A DNA stretch of 24,000 bases from positions 25,633 to 49,632 of the forward strand of contig NZ_KQ034055.1 in the NCBI RefSeq assembly GCF_000970855.1. The letters run 5' to 3'. The stretch is from Lactobacillus helsingborgensis (GTDB lineage Bacteria > Bacillota > Bacilli > Lactobacillales > Lactobacillaceae). The notes under the pieces are model-generated. The model was not told where the DNA came from and did not search any database. It was given only the letters and a program-made list of their open reading frames with translations. A program made the translations under genes and the position numbers. Shown piece after piece: positions 8,180-16,821 of this stretch; the first letter of the stretch is position 1; the number at the start of each line of letters is the position of its first letter.

Positions 8180-8440
8180 ATGACAAACAATATAATTATA
8201 TTGTTAACTTCTACTGCTTTTGGAATACTTATATCAATGTTTATTGGTTTATACCAATGGCATGTTAAAACTAAACTGGAAAGTTACGAAAAGGAGAGGG
8301 AACGCTTATATGGTGATATAAAATTCTATCACCAAAAATATCAAGAAGATGAAGATGAAATAGACCTATTAAAAAATGAAATAAGAGAATTAAAAATGTC
8401 TCATGGTAACGAAGAAGAAGGAAGATGGAAAAATGATTAA
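8180..8440 (+). CDS. Small membrane protein: one N-terminal TM helix plus acidic coiled coil, in an operon with a holin-like gene
   Basis: The track ORF starts at GTG 8171; ATG 8180 has AAGGGG at better spacing. Peptide MTNNIIILLTSTAFGILISMFIGLYQWHVKTKLESYEKERERLYGDIKFYHQKYQEDEDEIDLLKNEIRELK. Confidence 0.55.
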   Translation: MTNNIIILLTSTAFGILISMFIGLYQWHVKTKLESYEKERERLYGDIKFYHQKYQEDEDEIDLLKNEIRELKMSHGNEEEGRWKND

Positions 8441-8738
8441 TTTCAAAAATCTACTAGATATAATAGGCATATTAATAGTTGTATTGGCTTTTTTATTTGT
8501 AGGAATTTATCCTTATATCCAAATTCATAACAGAAATTTGGCTGATAAATTAAAAGTTTGGTATATTATTGCTAAAGAAATAGTTAAGGATGAATCTAGC
8601 AAAAACAAAACAGGAGCAGAAAAAAAAGCTTCTGCCACAAAAAAGTTAGTTAAACATGCAGCAAATTTGAAAGTACCTGTTAACAAAGATTTTGCGAATG
8701 ATTTGATTCAGCATGTTTATAATGAAACAAAAAAATAA
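8433..8738 (+). CDS. LL-H family phage holin-like protein
   Basis: Internal ATG at 8433 preceded by AGAAGGAAG, with the start overlapping the upstream stop. Architecture is TM helix (LLDIIGILIVVLAFLFVGIYPYIQI), then a soluble segment with TGAEKKASATKKLVKHAANL, as in the LL-H holin family. Confidence 0.6.
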   Translation: MINFKNLLDIIGILIVVLAFLFVGIYPYIQIHNRNLADKLKVWYIIAKEIVKDESSKNKTGAEKKASATKKLVKHAANLKVPVNKDFANDLIQHVYNETKK

Positions 8739-8842
8739 AAGCTATTAAATTTAGCTTTGTAAATGTTGAAATGATAAAAAGCAAAAAATTACATGTTTAT
8801 TCAAGTTAGAAATATGGACAATAATTAATGTTTTAAAGCTAA

Positions 8843-9667
8843 TTATAAAGAGTCTTTTATCTCTCGGCTTAAACTTTTAGCTAATGCATCTGCACCAATC
8901 TTATGTAGTAAGTTAATTTGGTCTAGTGCTTCTTTCCTATTATTTTGACAAATTGCCAATCTAGCATTAACTACAAGCAACTTATCGTATTGTTTCAAAT
9001 CTTTAAGAAGTGGCTTTAAGCTAGTTAGGGTAGTTATAGCCAATTTAAATTTATGCTTTGTTATTTCCATAATTGCTTGATTAATAAGTGTATCGGCTTT
9101 TAATGACCTCAAAAATGGGTAGTATTGATTTATATCTGAAATAATTTTTGAAATAATCTCCTTTGCTGTTTGATAATCAAACGCAAATAAGATTGAGTTC
9201 AAAATTGTAATGTCAGTGGCTGTAAGAACTTTGACATTTCTAAGTGAACTAAACCAAATCGGTTGAACGAGTTCTCGAGCTTTATTAAGGCCGTTAGGCT
9301 TATCCACCATCAATAAGGATCTAAGAATAATTGAAATATTTTTAATATCGTTATCGTTTTTCACTAGCAGACAGTCATTTAATAAATTATTGATTTTATT
9401 TTTATCAATGCTGCCAGCAAGGTTTAAAAAACGATGTAATAATTGACTCTTAGTACTAATATGATAGCCATTACAAATATATTCAAACTCATTCGGCGTT
9501 AATCCAAGACGTTTAATTAATTTGATTTCATTTTCATAAGTAGTGGAAAGTTCAGCATTTTCAATCTTAGAAATTTCACTACGGTCAAATAAATCTTTTG
9601 CTAATTCTTGTTGAGATATTTTTTGAGCTAATCTCATATTATGTATAGTTTTTCCAAAATTACTCAT
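8843..9667 (-). CDS. Rgg/GadR/MutR-like transcriptional regulator (XRE HTH plus helical C-terminal domain)
   Basis: Start at ATG 9667 (the track's upstream start lacks support). N-terminal HTH: FGKTIHNMRLAQKISQQELAKDLFDRSEISKIENAE. Roughly 200-aa helical C-terminal domain of Rgg type. Confidence 0.75.
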   Translation of the reverse strand: MSNFGKTIHNMRLAQKISQQELAKDLFDRSEISKIENAELSTTYENEIKLIKRLGLTPNEFEYICNGYHISTKSQLLHRFLNLAGSIDKNKINNLLNDCLLVKNDNDIKNISIILRSLLMVDKPNGLNKARELVQPIWFSSLRNVKVLTATDITILNSILFAFDYQTAKEIISKIISDINQYYPFLRSLKADTLINQAIMEITKHKFKLAITTLTSLKPLLKDLKQYDKLLVVNARLAICQNNRKEALDQINLLHKIGADALAKSLSREIKDSL

Positions 9668-9706
9668 AGTTTCACTCTTTTGTAAAAAGAAAAGTCTTAA
9701 AATAAT

Positions 9707-9778
9707 GTGCAAAAATTGCACACAATTAATTGTAAACTAATGATATCCTAATGCTAGGAATAAATCAAATGTGCGCAC
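9707..9778. promoter_or_regulatory. Cluster of palindromes in the divergent rgg-like / secreted-protein intergenic region
   Basis: GTGCAA-AAA-TTGCAC (9707-9721), ACAATTAATTGT (9722-9733), TCCTA-atgc-TAGGA (9746-9759), GTGCGCAC (9771-9778). Confidence 0.5.
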
Positions 9779-9885
9779 TGGATTAATTCCTAGAAAAACA
9801 AAAATATATTTTCTAATTTATTTTTTAATAGAAAAGTTTGGGTTCTTTAAATCAAAAGGGCTGAAAAATATATGAGGTAAACAAA

Positions 9886-10524
9886 ATGAAAAAGTCAATT
9901 AATATTTTAACTGAAGTTGTTACTGCAGTAAGTATGGTTGCTCCATTTGCTATTTCAAATGTAAGCCAGACCTTTGCTGACACAGTAGAAACTTCACAAC
10001 CAAGTAAGAGTACTGTTCAAAATCAAGTTAATGGAGAACTTGGAACCACCGCAAATTTATCTCCAGAAACTGTAGATGTAGCTAAAAAATATATTAGTGT
10101 AAAAGATAACCAATATGTTTTGGACCCATCTATTAAAAATGTATTGAACCCACAGCAATATCAAGCATTACAGGATAAGGTTAGTGAATCTAATTCAAAT
10201 GTAAAACTGAGTAATGCTGTAATAGGTAAAGATCTATCTTATACTTCTACTCCGTTATTAAGAAGCTCTAATAGGCATTATACATGGAAGAGCTTTGCAT
10301 GGGGCACACGTTACTACTTTAGAAGTAATGCAGCAGTTTATGAAATGGATCATGACCTTGAAACTATGCAAGTAGTTGGTGGTGTTCTTTCACTAGGCTT
10401 ATTTTCTGCATATTATGCAAAAATTGAAAGTGATTTAAATTACATGAACAACACTCATCCTCACAATTATCTTTACATGGATATTAATCAATGGGTAGGA
10501 AATTATACCATTGGTGTTTTGTAA
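9886..10524 (+). CDS. Secreted protein of unknown function; possible bacteriocin or effector precursor
   Basis: 212 aa with signal peptide MKKSINILTEVVTAVSMVAPFAISNVSQTFA. The C-terminal part is aromatic- and glycine-rich (RHYTWKSFAWGTRYYFRSNAAVYEMDHDLETMQVVGGVLSLGLFSAYYAKIESDL...). SD-like gaggt upstream. Confidence 0.6.
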   Translation: MKKSINILTEVVTAVSMVAPFAISNVSQTFADTVETSQPSKSTVQNQVNGELGTTANLSPETVDVAKKYISVKDNQYVLDPSIKNVLNPQQYQALQDKVSESNSNVKLSNAVIGKDLSYTSTPLLRSSNRHYTWKSFAWGTRYYFRSNAAVYEMDHDLETMQVVGGVLSLGLFSAYYAKIESDLNYMNNTHPHNYLYMDINQWVGNYTIGVL

Positions 10525-10544
10525 TTATAGGTGAGGTTAATAAG

Positions 10545-10790
10545 ATGTTATGGATTATTTTTCTATTAGCTATATTATTTGCAGGTATGGAATATGGGGG
10601 ACATGTAATAAGTAAAATATTTGTTCCAGCAGCAATTGTAATTATTGCTGTACCACCGATCATATATTACTTGATATTCAAGAACTTTACGGCTTTAACT
10701 ACCGTAAGTATAACTCTGGGAATAGTTCAAGTGATTGTACTATTAGGTCTGTATTTTGTAATGAGAAAAATTGTTGTAAATAGTAAATAG
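10545..10790 (+). CDS. Small 3-TM membrane protein, immunity-like
   Basis: The track ORF starts at 10491; ATG 10545 is preceded by ggtgaggttaataag. 81 aa, nearly all hydrophobic (MLWIIFLLAILFAGMEYGGHVISKIFVPAAIVIIAVPPIIYYLIF...). Confidence 0.55.
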   Translation: MLWIIFLLAILFAGMEYGGHVISKIFVPAAIVIIAVPPIIYYLIFKNFTALTTVSITLGIVQVIVLLGLYFVMRKIVVNSK

Positions 10791-10808
10791 TTAATCATAT
10801 AAAGGAAA

Positions 10809-10836
10809 GTAGCACTAAATTAAGTGCTACTTTTTT
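10809..10836 (+). terminator. Rho-independent terminator of the secreted-protein / membrane-protein pair
   Basis: gtagcact-aaatta-agtgctac followed by tttttt. Confidence 0.9.
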
Positions 10837-10950
10837 ATCTAAGCAGAAAGAGTTATATGAGTAAGGGCAAAAGTTGAGTTTACAAAATGTAGAAAAAAAT
10901 TAAACTGGTATAGAAGTTAAGAAATAATATAAAATTCAAGTAATAAGATG

Positions 10951-10992
10951 ACTCTTTAATTAAAGTAAAAACTTTAATTAAAGAGTTTTTTA
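10951..10992 (+). terminator. Strong hairpin with T tract
   Basis: actctttaattaaagt-aaaa-actttaattaaagagt followed by ttttt, a 16-bp perfect stem. Confidence 0.75.
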
Positions 10993-11286
10993 TATATAAG
11001 GAAAATAATTATCTAAATCAAAAGAGTAGTGAATTGCTTTTAGGCCTAAGTTTATTTTAAATTAATTTTTTACCTATACAGAAGAGACAGATACTGGTCT
11101 ATAAGTCCCAGTGAATGATATTTACTGATTTATGACTTCTTTTTTTGCATGTTTTACTGGCTATAAAGCTAATTAATTTGTCTTTGTAGGCAAACAAATA
11201 AATAATTAAGGTCTATAATTGGTAAATTTATTAGATCAACAAACTTTCATATCAAATAAACTGAAACTTAAGTTCAAAATCTCAAA

Positions 11287-11334
11287 TCTCAAACTCTTTT
11301 ATTAAAACACTAATTTTAATAAAAGAGTTTGAGA
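11287..11334. repeat. 21-bp perfect inverted repeat near the 3' end of the first KAP NTPase gene
   Basis: tctcaaactcttttattaaaa-cactaa-ttttaataaaagagtttgaga. No clear T tract on either side. Confidence 0.8.
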
Positions 11335-11434
11335 CTTACCTATTAGAATTTTGCTTACTTTTTATTAATTACAAAGTGGTATAAAAACTATTGTTACTAG
11401 GAAATTAGACTATAGCTTTATCTTCTATATATTT

Positions 11435-13762
11435 TCACAATATTTTTTTTATGAATGATATCCAGTCGGGATCATTTTGAACTTGACTTAATAAATCTTG
11501 TAAGTGCATCAACTTATATGAATCCAATAATTGAGCTAACTTATTTAATATCACCTTTTGGGAAAAATTATTTCGCACATTGTATTGATGTGTAATAGCG
11601 GCAATTCTTAAGAAAAAGGCGAACCATTCACGAGAATTAAGCATTTTTTCAAGTTCAGAACCTTTATTTGACTTAAGTAAGTTACAAGCAGTTTGTTTAA
11701 TTTCTTTATATCTGTTATATACATAATCACCATATATTTTATTTTTGTATTCAAAATTGAGAATTCTTTCACCTTTTGCTCTTGTTCCAAGTCCAAGATA
11801 GCAATCCCAAAAAGCCACATATTCAAAATCTGCAAGTTGCTCTATTTTTTCAACCTTTTTTTCTATTGGTTGGATGTTTAGGTTGTCATATGCTTCGTCT
11901 GAAATATCTGGACTTGGTGATTTAAAACATAATTGAACGAGCAAAGCTTCTGCATCATATAGCTTTTTACCAAAATTTTTTTGATTTTCTATTTCATATG
12001 CTCTTTTAGAATAGTACCTAGTAAGTGAGTATCTATTAATATTGTTAAGCTGTATATCTGAAATAGATCTATCGGCATTGTTAAAACTGTGCGTAACAGT
12101 TCCATAAATTGGTAAACAGGCTCTGTAAATATAAAGTAGTTCTGTTAATAAGGCTTCGTTATTTGGTTTTTTAGCCATTTCAGTTATTGCTTTACTCATT
12201 TTAGAAAAAACGATCTTATTTCGCTCTAACGGTGATTTCATAGGATTTGTGTTAAACTCGGTTTTTTCAAGTTTAATTTCGTAATTAAGAAATATTTTTT
12301 TGATCAGCAAGTTGGGCTTATGCCGTGGCTCAGCATACATTGCAGAAATAGCAGCTATCAATAACTTATTCGAATAACTTTCATTGTTTATTGAAACAGA
12401 ATATAATGAAAGCTCATCAATAAGACTTGCTTTATCAGTATCATGGCCAAAAGCCAGTTGACGAATTTCTTTCGAGTTATTAATAATTTTATTTAATTCT
12501 CTAACTGAATGAGTATAAGTTAAATCATTAATAAAATAATTTACAGGTAAACTTACAAAAGGTTCAGGAAATGATATGTTATCACTATCTTCTTTAAAAA
12601 TATTGTTAACATATTGCTTTATTTCTTTTTGGGCTTGATCATCATTACTTGATATTTCAAATGCTTTTAAAGTTTCTATACTTTTCTTTTCCTGAATCTT
12701 TTGCCAATTATTAATTAAAATCTCATACATATTTCTATGGAATAAAAATAAGTAAATGATAAAAAGTTGTTGATTTACTTGTACTCTACCTATCTTTTCT
12801 TGTCTAAAGAATTCATTTTTTACATAAGATAAAAAATGATTTGCTTGACGTAACGTAAGGTTTTCAAGTTCGAAGAGCTTGAAAATTTCCATATCATCTA
12901 TTTCTTCTTTTAAGTTTTCAGAAATAATTAGCATTATTTCCTCTCCAAAAAATTCAGGCTTTAATATGATTGGTAGCGATACTGTTTGATCAATTATTTT
13001 TTCTAAATAATTATGTTTTACTTTGACTATGTTTTTCCAATCCCCTACGAATACTATTCTTGCTTTCCTATTTTCACTAAATTCAACAATTTTTTTACAT
13101 AGAAAAATTATCGGTCTAAATAATTTTTTTGGTTTTTTATCGTACCACTTAATAATCTTTTGAGGGTATTTTAGACCTTCTTCATGGATAGCATTAAAAA
13201 GCTTATAGAGTTCTTTTTGTGTAACTTCATCTAACCGATCAAAATCATCGATTATCAAAACTCTACTTTTTCTGTAAAATGGCCAACGTAATTTAAAAAG
13301 GCTCAAATTCATTAGAATAGTATCAACATTTATTAATTTGTTCTTAGATAAGTTAAACAAAGTAGTCACAATTACAGTAATTACAGTAACTAATAAAAAC
13401 CATGCGTCAAAATTAACATAATTAAAAATACCTATACCTGTTAGCCAAGCGCTACCAAATATCATCCAACCGACTAGTGCAGAAGTGAAAAGCCCTTTGA
13501 AGAAATTTAATATAGGATTGACCTTAGAAAATACTTGTTTTGCTAAGCTTTTTTCATTTTTAGGATGCCATAAACTTAAATAAATAAATTTTAGTGTATC
13601 CTTTGATAAAGTTTCTGTTTTTTGCAAATATCTAGTTTTTCCACTACCCCATTTGCCCTGTAAAAAATAAGTTTTATTACCGTTATTTACTAATAAATCG
13701 GCAAACTTTTTTGCCCAATCAGATGTATCAATCTCCTTGATTTTCCATTCGGTATCTTTCAT
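11435..13762 (-). CDS. KAP family P-loop NTPase with transmembrane insert (paralog 1)
   Basis: 775 aa. Walker A QGKWGSGKT near the N-terminus, two TM segments between Walker A and B (LFTSALVGWMIFGSAWLTGIGIF, AWFLLVTVITVIVTTLF), Walker B RVLIIDDFDRLDEVTQKELYKLFNAI. SD AAAGGAG upstream. Confidence 0.8.
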   Translation of the reverse strand: MKDTEWKIKEIDTSDWAKKFADLLVNNGNKTYFLQGKWGSGKTRYLQKTETLSKDTLKFIYLSLWHPKNEKSLAKQVFSKVNPILNFFKGLFTSALVGWMIFGSAWLTGIGIFNYVNFDAWFLLVTVITVIVTTLFNLSKNKLINVDTILMNLSLFKLRWPFYRKSRVLIIDDFDRLDEVTQKELYKLFNAIHEEGLKYPQKIIKWYDKKPKKLFRPIIFLCKKIVEFSENRKARIVFVGDWKNIVKVKHNYLEKIIDQTVSLPIILKPEFFGEEIMLIISENLKEEIDDMEIFKLFELENLTLRQANHFLSYVKNEFFRQEKIGRVQVNQQLFIIYLFLFHRNMYEILINNWQKIQEKKSIETLKAFEISSNDDQAQKEIKQYVNNIFKEDSDNISFPEPFVSLPVNYFINDLTYTHSVRELNKIINNSKEIRQLAFGHDTDKASLIDELSLYSVSINNESYSNKLLIAAISAMYAEPRHKPNLLIKKIFLNYEIKLEKTEFNTNPMKSPLERNKIVFSKMSKAITEMAKKPNNEALLTELLYIYRACLPIYGTVTHSFNNADRSISDIQLNNINRYSLTRYYSKRAYEIENQKNFGKKLYDAEALLVQLCFKSPSPDISDEAYDNLNIQPIEKKVEKIEQLADFEYVAFWDCYLGLGTRAKGERILNFEYKNKIYGDYVYNRYKEIKQTACNLLKSNKGSELEKMLNSREWFAFFLRIAAITHQYNVRNNFSQKVILNKLAQLLDSYKLMHLQDLLSQVQNDPDWISFIKKIL

Positions 13763-13838
13763 TTAATTTGCTCCTTTACTTCTAACCAAAGTAAAACCTT
13801 TTTTCAAAGAATTTTTAAAAAATATAGTGGCTTAGATT

Positions 13839-16130
13839 TTATTTAATCTTTTTTGTCCAATAAGGATCATTAGCCACATTGACCAGTAATTTTTGCATAA
13901 TTTCTTTTAGTCTTTCATTACTTATTGAATTTTTTCTGTGTTTAATTATAGCTTCAGCTTTAGTGCTTTTATACGAACTTAGCAACTGATTTATATGTAT
14001 AAATATTGTTTGCTGTGAAGAAATATTTTGTAAATCATATTGATGGGTAATGGCAGCAATTCTTAAGATGAAATGGAACCATTCTTTTGAATCAAATAAA
14101 TCAACAAGTTCTGAACTTTTATTCGATTGGATCAAGTTGCAAACAGCTTGTTTAATTTTTTTATATCGGTCATATACATAATCACCATATATCTCATTTT
14201 TGTATTCAAAATTGAGAATTCTTTCACCTTTTGCTCTTGTTCCAAGTCCAAGATAGCAATCCCAAAAAGCCACATATTCAAAATCTGCAAGTTGTTCTAT
14301 TTTTGCAACCTTTGTTTTTATTGGTGGAATCTTCAAACTGTAGTATGATACATCTAAAATATTTGAAGATGTCGGTTTAAAAAAACATAATTGGACAAGT
14401 AAAGCCTCAGCATCATATAGCTTTTTACCAAAATCTTTTTGATTTTCTATTTCATCTGCTTTTTTAGAGAAATACTTTGTAAGTGCATACTTACTGATTA
14501 AGCGATTATTTTTACTATTAAAAATACGAGTGACACTATAATCAGATTCGGGAGAACGAAAATTTAATAAGCAGGATCTGTAAATATAAAATTGCTCTGT
14601 TAGGGACATTTCGATATCCAAATTTTTTGTAATATTAGAAATTATTGTATGCATTTCGGAAAGAATATCCTTAATAGGTTTTGAATCCCTTTTATCATAA
14701 GAAGATTCCGGTAATGAATTTTCAATTCTTATTTCACAGTTCTCAAGTATTTTCATAACTAGTGAATTAGGCTCATGACGTGGCTCAGAATGCATTGCAA
14801 AAATTGCTGCCTTTGCTAGCTGAGGAATTATTTCCGCAATATAATCTTCCAAGTTTACAGAGCTTAAAAATTCAAAAATCTCTTGATATAAAGCTTGATC
14901 ACTATCTTTAGAATATGCTAGTGGCTTAATTATTTCATCATTTTGTATGGAAATAATTAGATTGTTGACAGTTGGAATATAAGATTTTTCGTTTAAAAAA
15001 TAAGCAACTTGATGTCTTTGAAACTCTGGTGGATATTTCACAGTATCAGCAAGGATTTTATTAATATATTGTTCTAATTCATCTTCATCATCCTGCTTAG
15101 TAGCAGTTTTAGTTAGATTATTAGAGTCCATACAGTAAGCAATAGTACTTAATTCTTTTTTATTTTTTTCTTTTTGCCAATCTTCATAAAGTTTTTGGTA
15201 TCTATCTTTATGAAAGAGATAAAGATAGATAATAAGTAGTTCTTGGTCGGTTTGTACTCTTCCTTTTTTCTTTTGTCTACAAAATTCGTCTTCAACATAC
15301 GATAGAAAATGATTAGCTTCACGTAGAGTCCTGTGTTCGTATATGAATAACTTTCCTATTTCAACTCTGCTCAAATCTTCATTTAAATTACTTGAAATTA
15401 TTTCTACAAGTCTATTACTAAAACTTTGAGGATTTAAAACAAACGGTAGGGCAATCACTTGGTCAATAATCTTGTCTAAAAAATTATTTTTATTGTCCTT
15501 TATATTGTTCAAATTACCCACAAAAATAATTCGACATGAGCTCCTACCTTGTTGAATAGCATTGAAAAGTCTATAAAGTTCCCCTTGCGTTTTTTGACTT
15601 AAACGATCAAAATCGTCAATAATTAGGACGTTAGGACAGATTTTGGGGTTTCCTTTCAACATTTTTATGCTTGATGACATAAGGATTTTATCTACATTTA
15701 TCACTTTGTTCTTTGTGAGACTGAATAAATTAATTACTACAGTTGCTATTATAGTTGTGATTGTAAATGCATAATTGGGTAAATTTATGGAAATAACTCC
15801 TTTTATAGCTAAAATAAGACTGCAAACTATTGTCAAGGCAACCAATGTATGACCTACTATTGTAGCTCTCTTAGCCAATTTTGGATGGGTTGCATCAAAA
15901 AGTTGCTTACTCAAGTTTTCGTTAAAGTTTGGCTTCCATAATTCTAAATAAATAAAATTTAAATTGTCTTTTGCTTTTTTTTCTACGTTTTTTAAATATT
16001 CTGTCTTTCCACTCCCCCACTTACCTTGTAAGAAAAAAGTCTTATTACTTTCGTCCCTAAGTAAATTTGCAAATTCTTCAGCATACATATCAGTTGAAAT
16101 AGTAGGGATACGCCATTTATTTTTTGTCAT
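13839..16130 (-). CDS. KAP family P-loop NTPase with transmembrane insert (paralog 2)
   Basis: 763 aa from ATG 16130 (the track start at 16145 is GTG). QGKWGSGKT, TM segments ATIVGHTLVALTIVCSLILAI and AFTITTIIATVVINLF, NVLIIDDFDRLSQKTQGELYRLFNAI. Same architecture as the adjacent protein, with strongly matching C-termini. Confidence 0.8.
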   Translation of the reverse strand: MTKNKWRIPTISTDMYAEEFANLLRDESNKTFFLQGKWGSGKTEYLKNVEKKAKDNLNFIYLELWKPNFNENLSKQLFDATHPKLAKRATIVGHTLVALTIVCSLILAIKGVISINLPNYAFTITTIIATVVINLFSLTKNKVINVDKILMSSSIKMLKGNPKICPNVLIIDDFDRLSQKTQGELYRLFNAIQQGRSSCRIIFVGNLNNIKDNKNNFLDKIIDQVIALPFVLNPQSFSNRLVEIISSNLNEDLSRVEIGKLFIYEHRTLREANHFLSYVEDEFCRQKKKGRVQTDQELLIIYLYLFHKDRYQKLYEDWQKEKNKKELSTIAYCMDSNNLTKTATKQDDEDELEQYINKILADTVKYPPEFQRHQVAYFLNEKSYIPTVNNLIISIQNDEIIKPLAYSKDSDQALYQEIFEFLSSVNLEDYIAEIIPQLAKAAIFAMHSEPRHEPNSLVMKILENCEIRIENSLPESSYDKRDSKPIKDILSEMHTIISNITKNLDIEMSLTEQFYIYRSCLLNFRSPESDYSVTRIFNSKNNRLISKYALTKYFSKKADEIENQKDFGKKLYDAEALLVQLCFFKPTSSNILDVSYYSLKIPPIKTKVAKIEQLADFEYVAFWDCYLGLGTRAKGERILNFEYKNEIYGDYVYDRYKKIKQAVCNLIQSNKSSELVDLFDSKEWFHFILRIAAITHQYDLQNISSQQTIFIHINQLLSSYKSTKAEAIIKHRKNSISNERLKEIMQKLLVNVANDPYWTKKIK

Positions 16131-16273
16131 TTTTCCCTTTAACACCTTATACTAACCATATAATATAACCTAAATTATAGAACTAAATATAAGTTTAGCA
16201 AAATGAATTTTGGAAAAATAATATGAATAAGTTTAGTATAAAGATTTTTAAAAAAATCGAACTGTAATAACAA

Positions 16274-16308
16274 AAAAGTGGATACTTTTATGTAGTATCC
16301 ACCTTTTT
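16274..16308 (-). terminator. Terminator of the downstream-most toxin-antitoxin unit (minus strand)
   Basis: gtggatact-tttatgt-agtatccac. The minus strand continues with ttttttg. Confidence 0.8.
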
Positions 16309-16446
16309 GTTTGATAATTTATTAATAAGTCTAAGTTTAGAAAAACTTATGCGGAAAGAAATTATTCTGAATAAATATGCATTATCTGTTTAGTGCTTTA
16401 TTACGAAGAATTAAATTAGTCCAAATTGTTTTGAATTTTAAATGGT

Positions 16447-16821
16447 CTATTTAGGTATTTTAGATAAATCAATTCTATCATAGGCGCCATTTTTGTTGTT
16501 TTCAGGATGTGGATCTAATCCAATAATGGTTATATCTCCTACATTAGGTGCGTAAACCCAAAACATCCTTCTTGCATTGCTAGTCTTATTTTCTAAATAA
16601 GACTGCCACACTTTCATTCCATATCTATTTGTTAGTGATGAAATTTCATGTGTATGAAGACCAGGATGTTTTGGATTTTCGGATAAAAATTTTAAAGCTT
16701 TACCCCATTTTTTATATAAGTTTGCGTCAGCTTTACTAATTGATTTACTACGATAAGATGTCTGTAACTTTTGCCATAACTCATCCATGTATGGCACTCC
16801 CATTATAATGTTAAACCGCAT
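16447..16821 (-). CDS. RelE/ParE-like type II toxin candidate
   Basis: The track ORF is 124 aa; the more likely start is MDELWQ at 16788 behind gggag. Small basic protein with KFLSENPKHPGLHTHEISSL...VWQSYLEN..NARRMFWVY, resembling RelE/ParE-fold toxins. It immediately follows a small partner ORF. Confidence 0.6.
   Translation of the reverse strand: MRFNIIMGVPYMDELWQKLQTSYRSKSISKADANLYKKWGKALKFLSENPKHPGLHTHEISSLTNRYGMKVWQSYLENKTSNARRMFWVYAPNVGDITIIGLDPHPENNKNGAYDRIDLSKIPK

Noticed and set aside
10951-11334. CRISPR-like array considered because of similar hairpins
   Set aside because: Only two non-identical palindromes with no regular spacer/repeat periodicity; no cas genes in the window.
11608-11881. 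Small ORFs (75 aa minus, 62 aa plus), and a similar 73-aa plus ORF at 14127-14348
   Set aside because: The plus-strand ORFs look alike only because they are antisense to the duplicated KAP C-terminal block; the 75-aa minus ORF is an alternate frame of the same region.
15964-16155. 63-aa plus-strand ORF over the start of KAP paralog 2
   Set aside because: Antisense shadow over the Walker A region.
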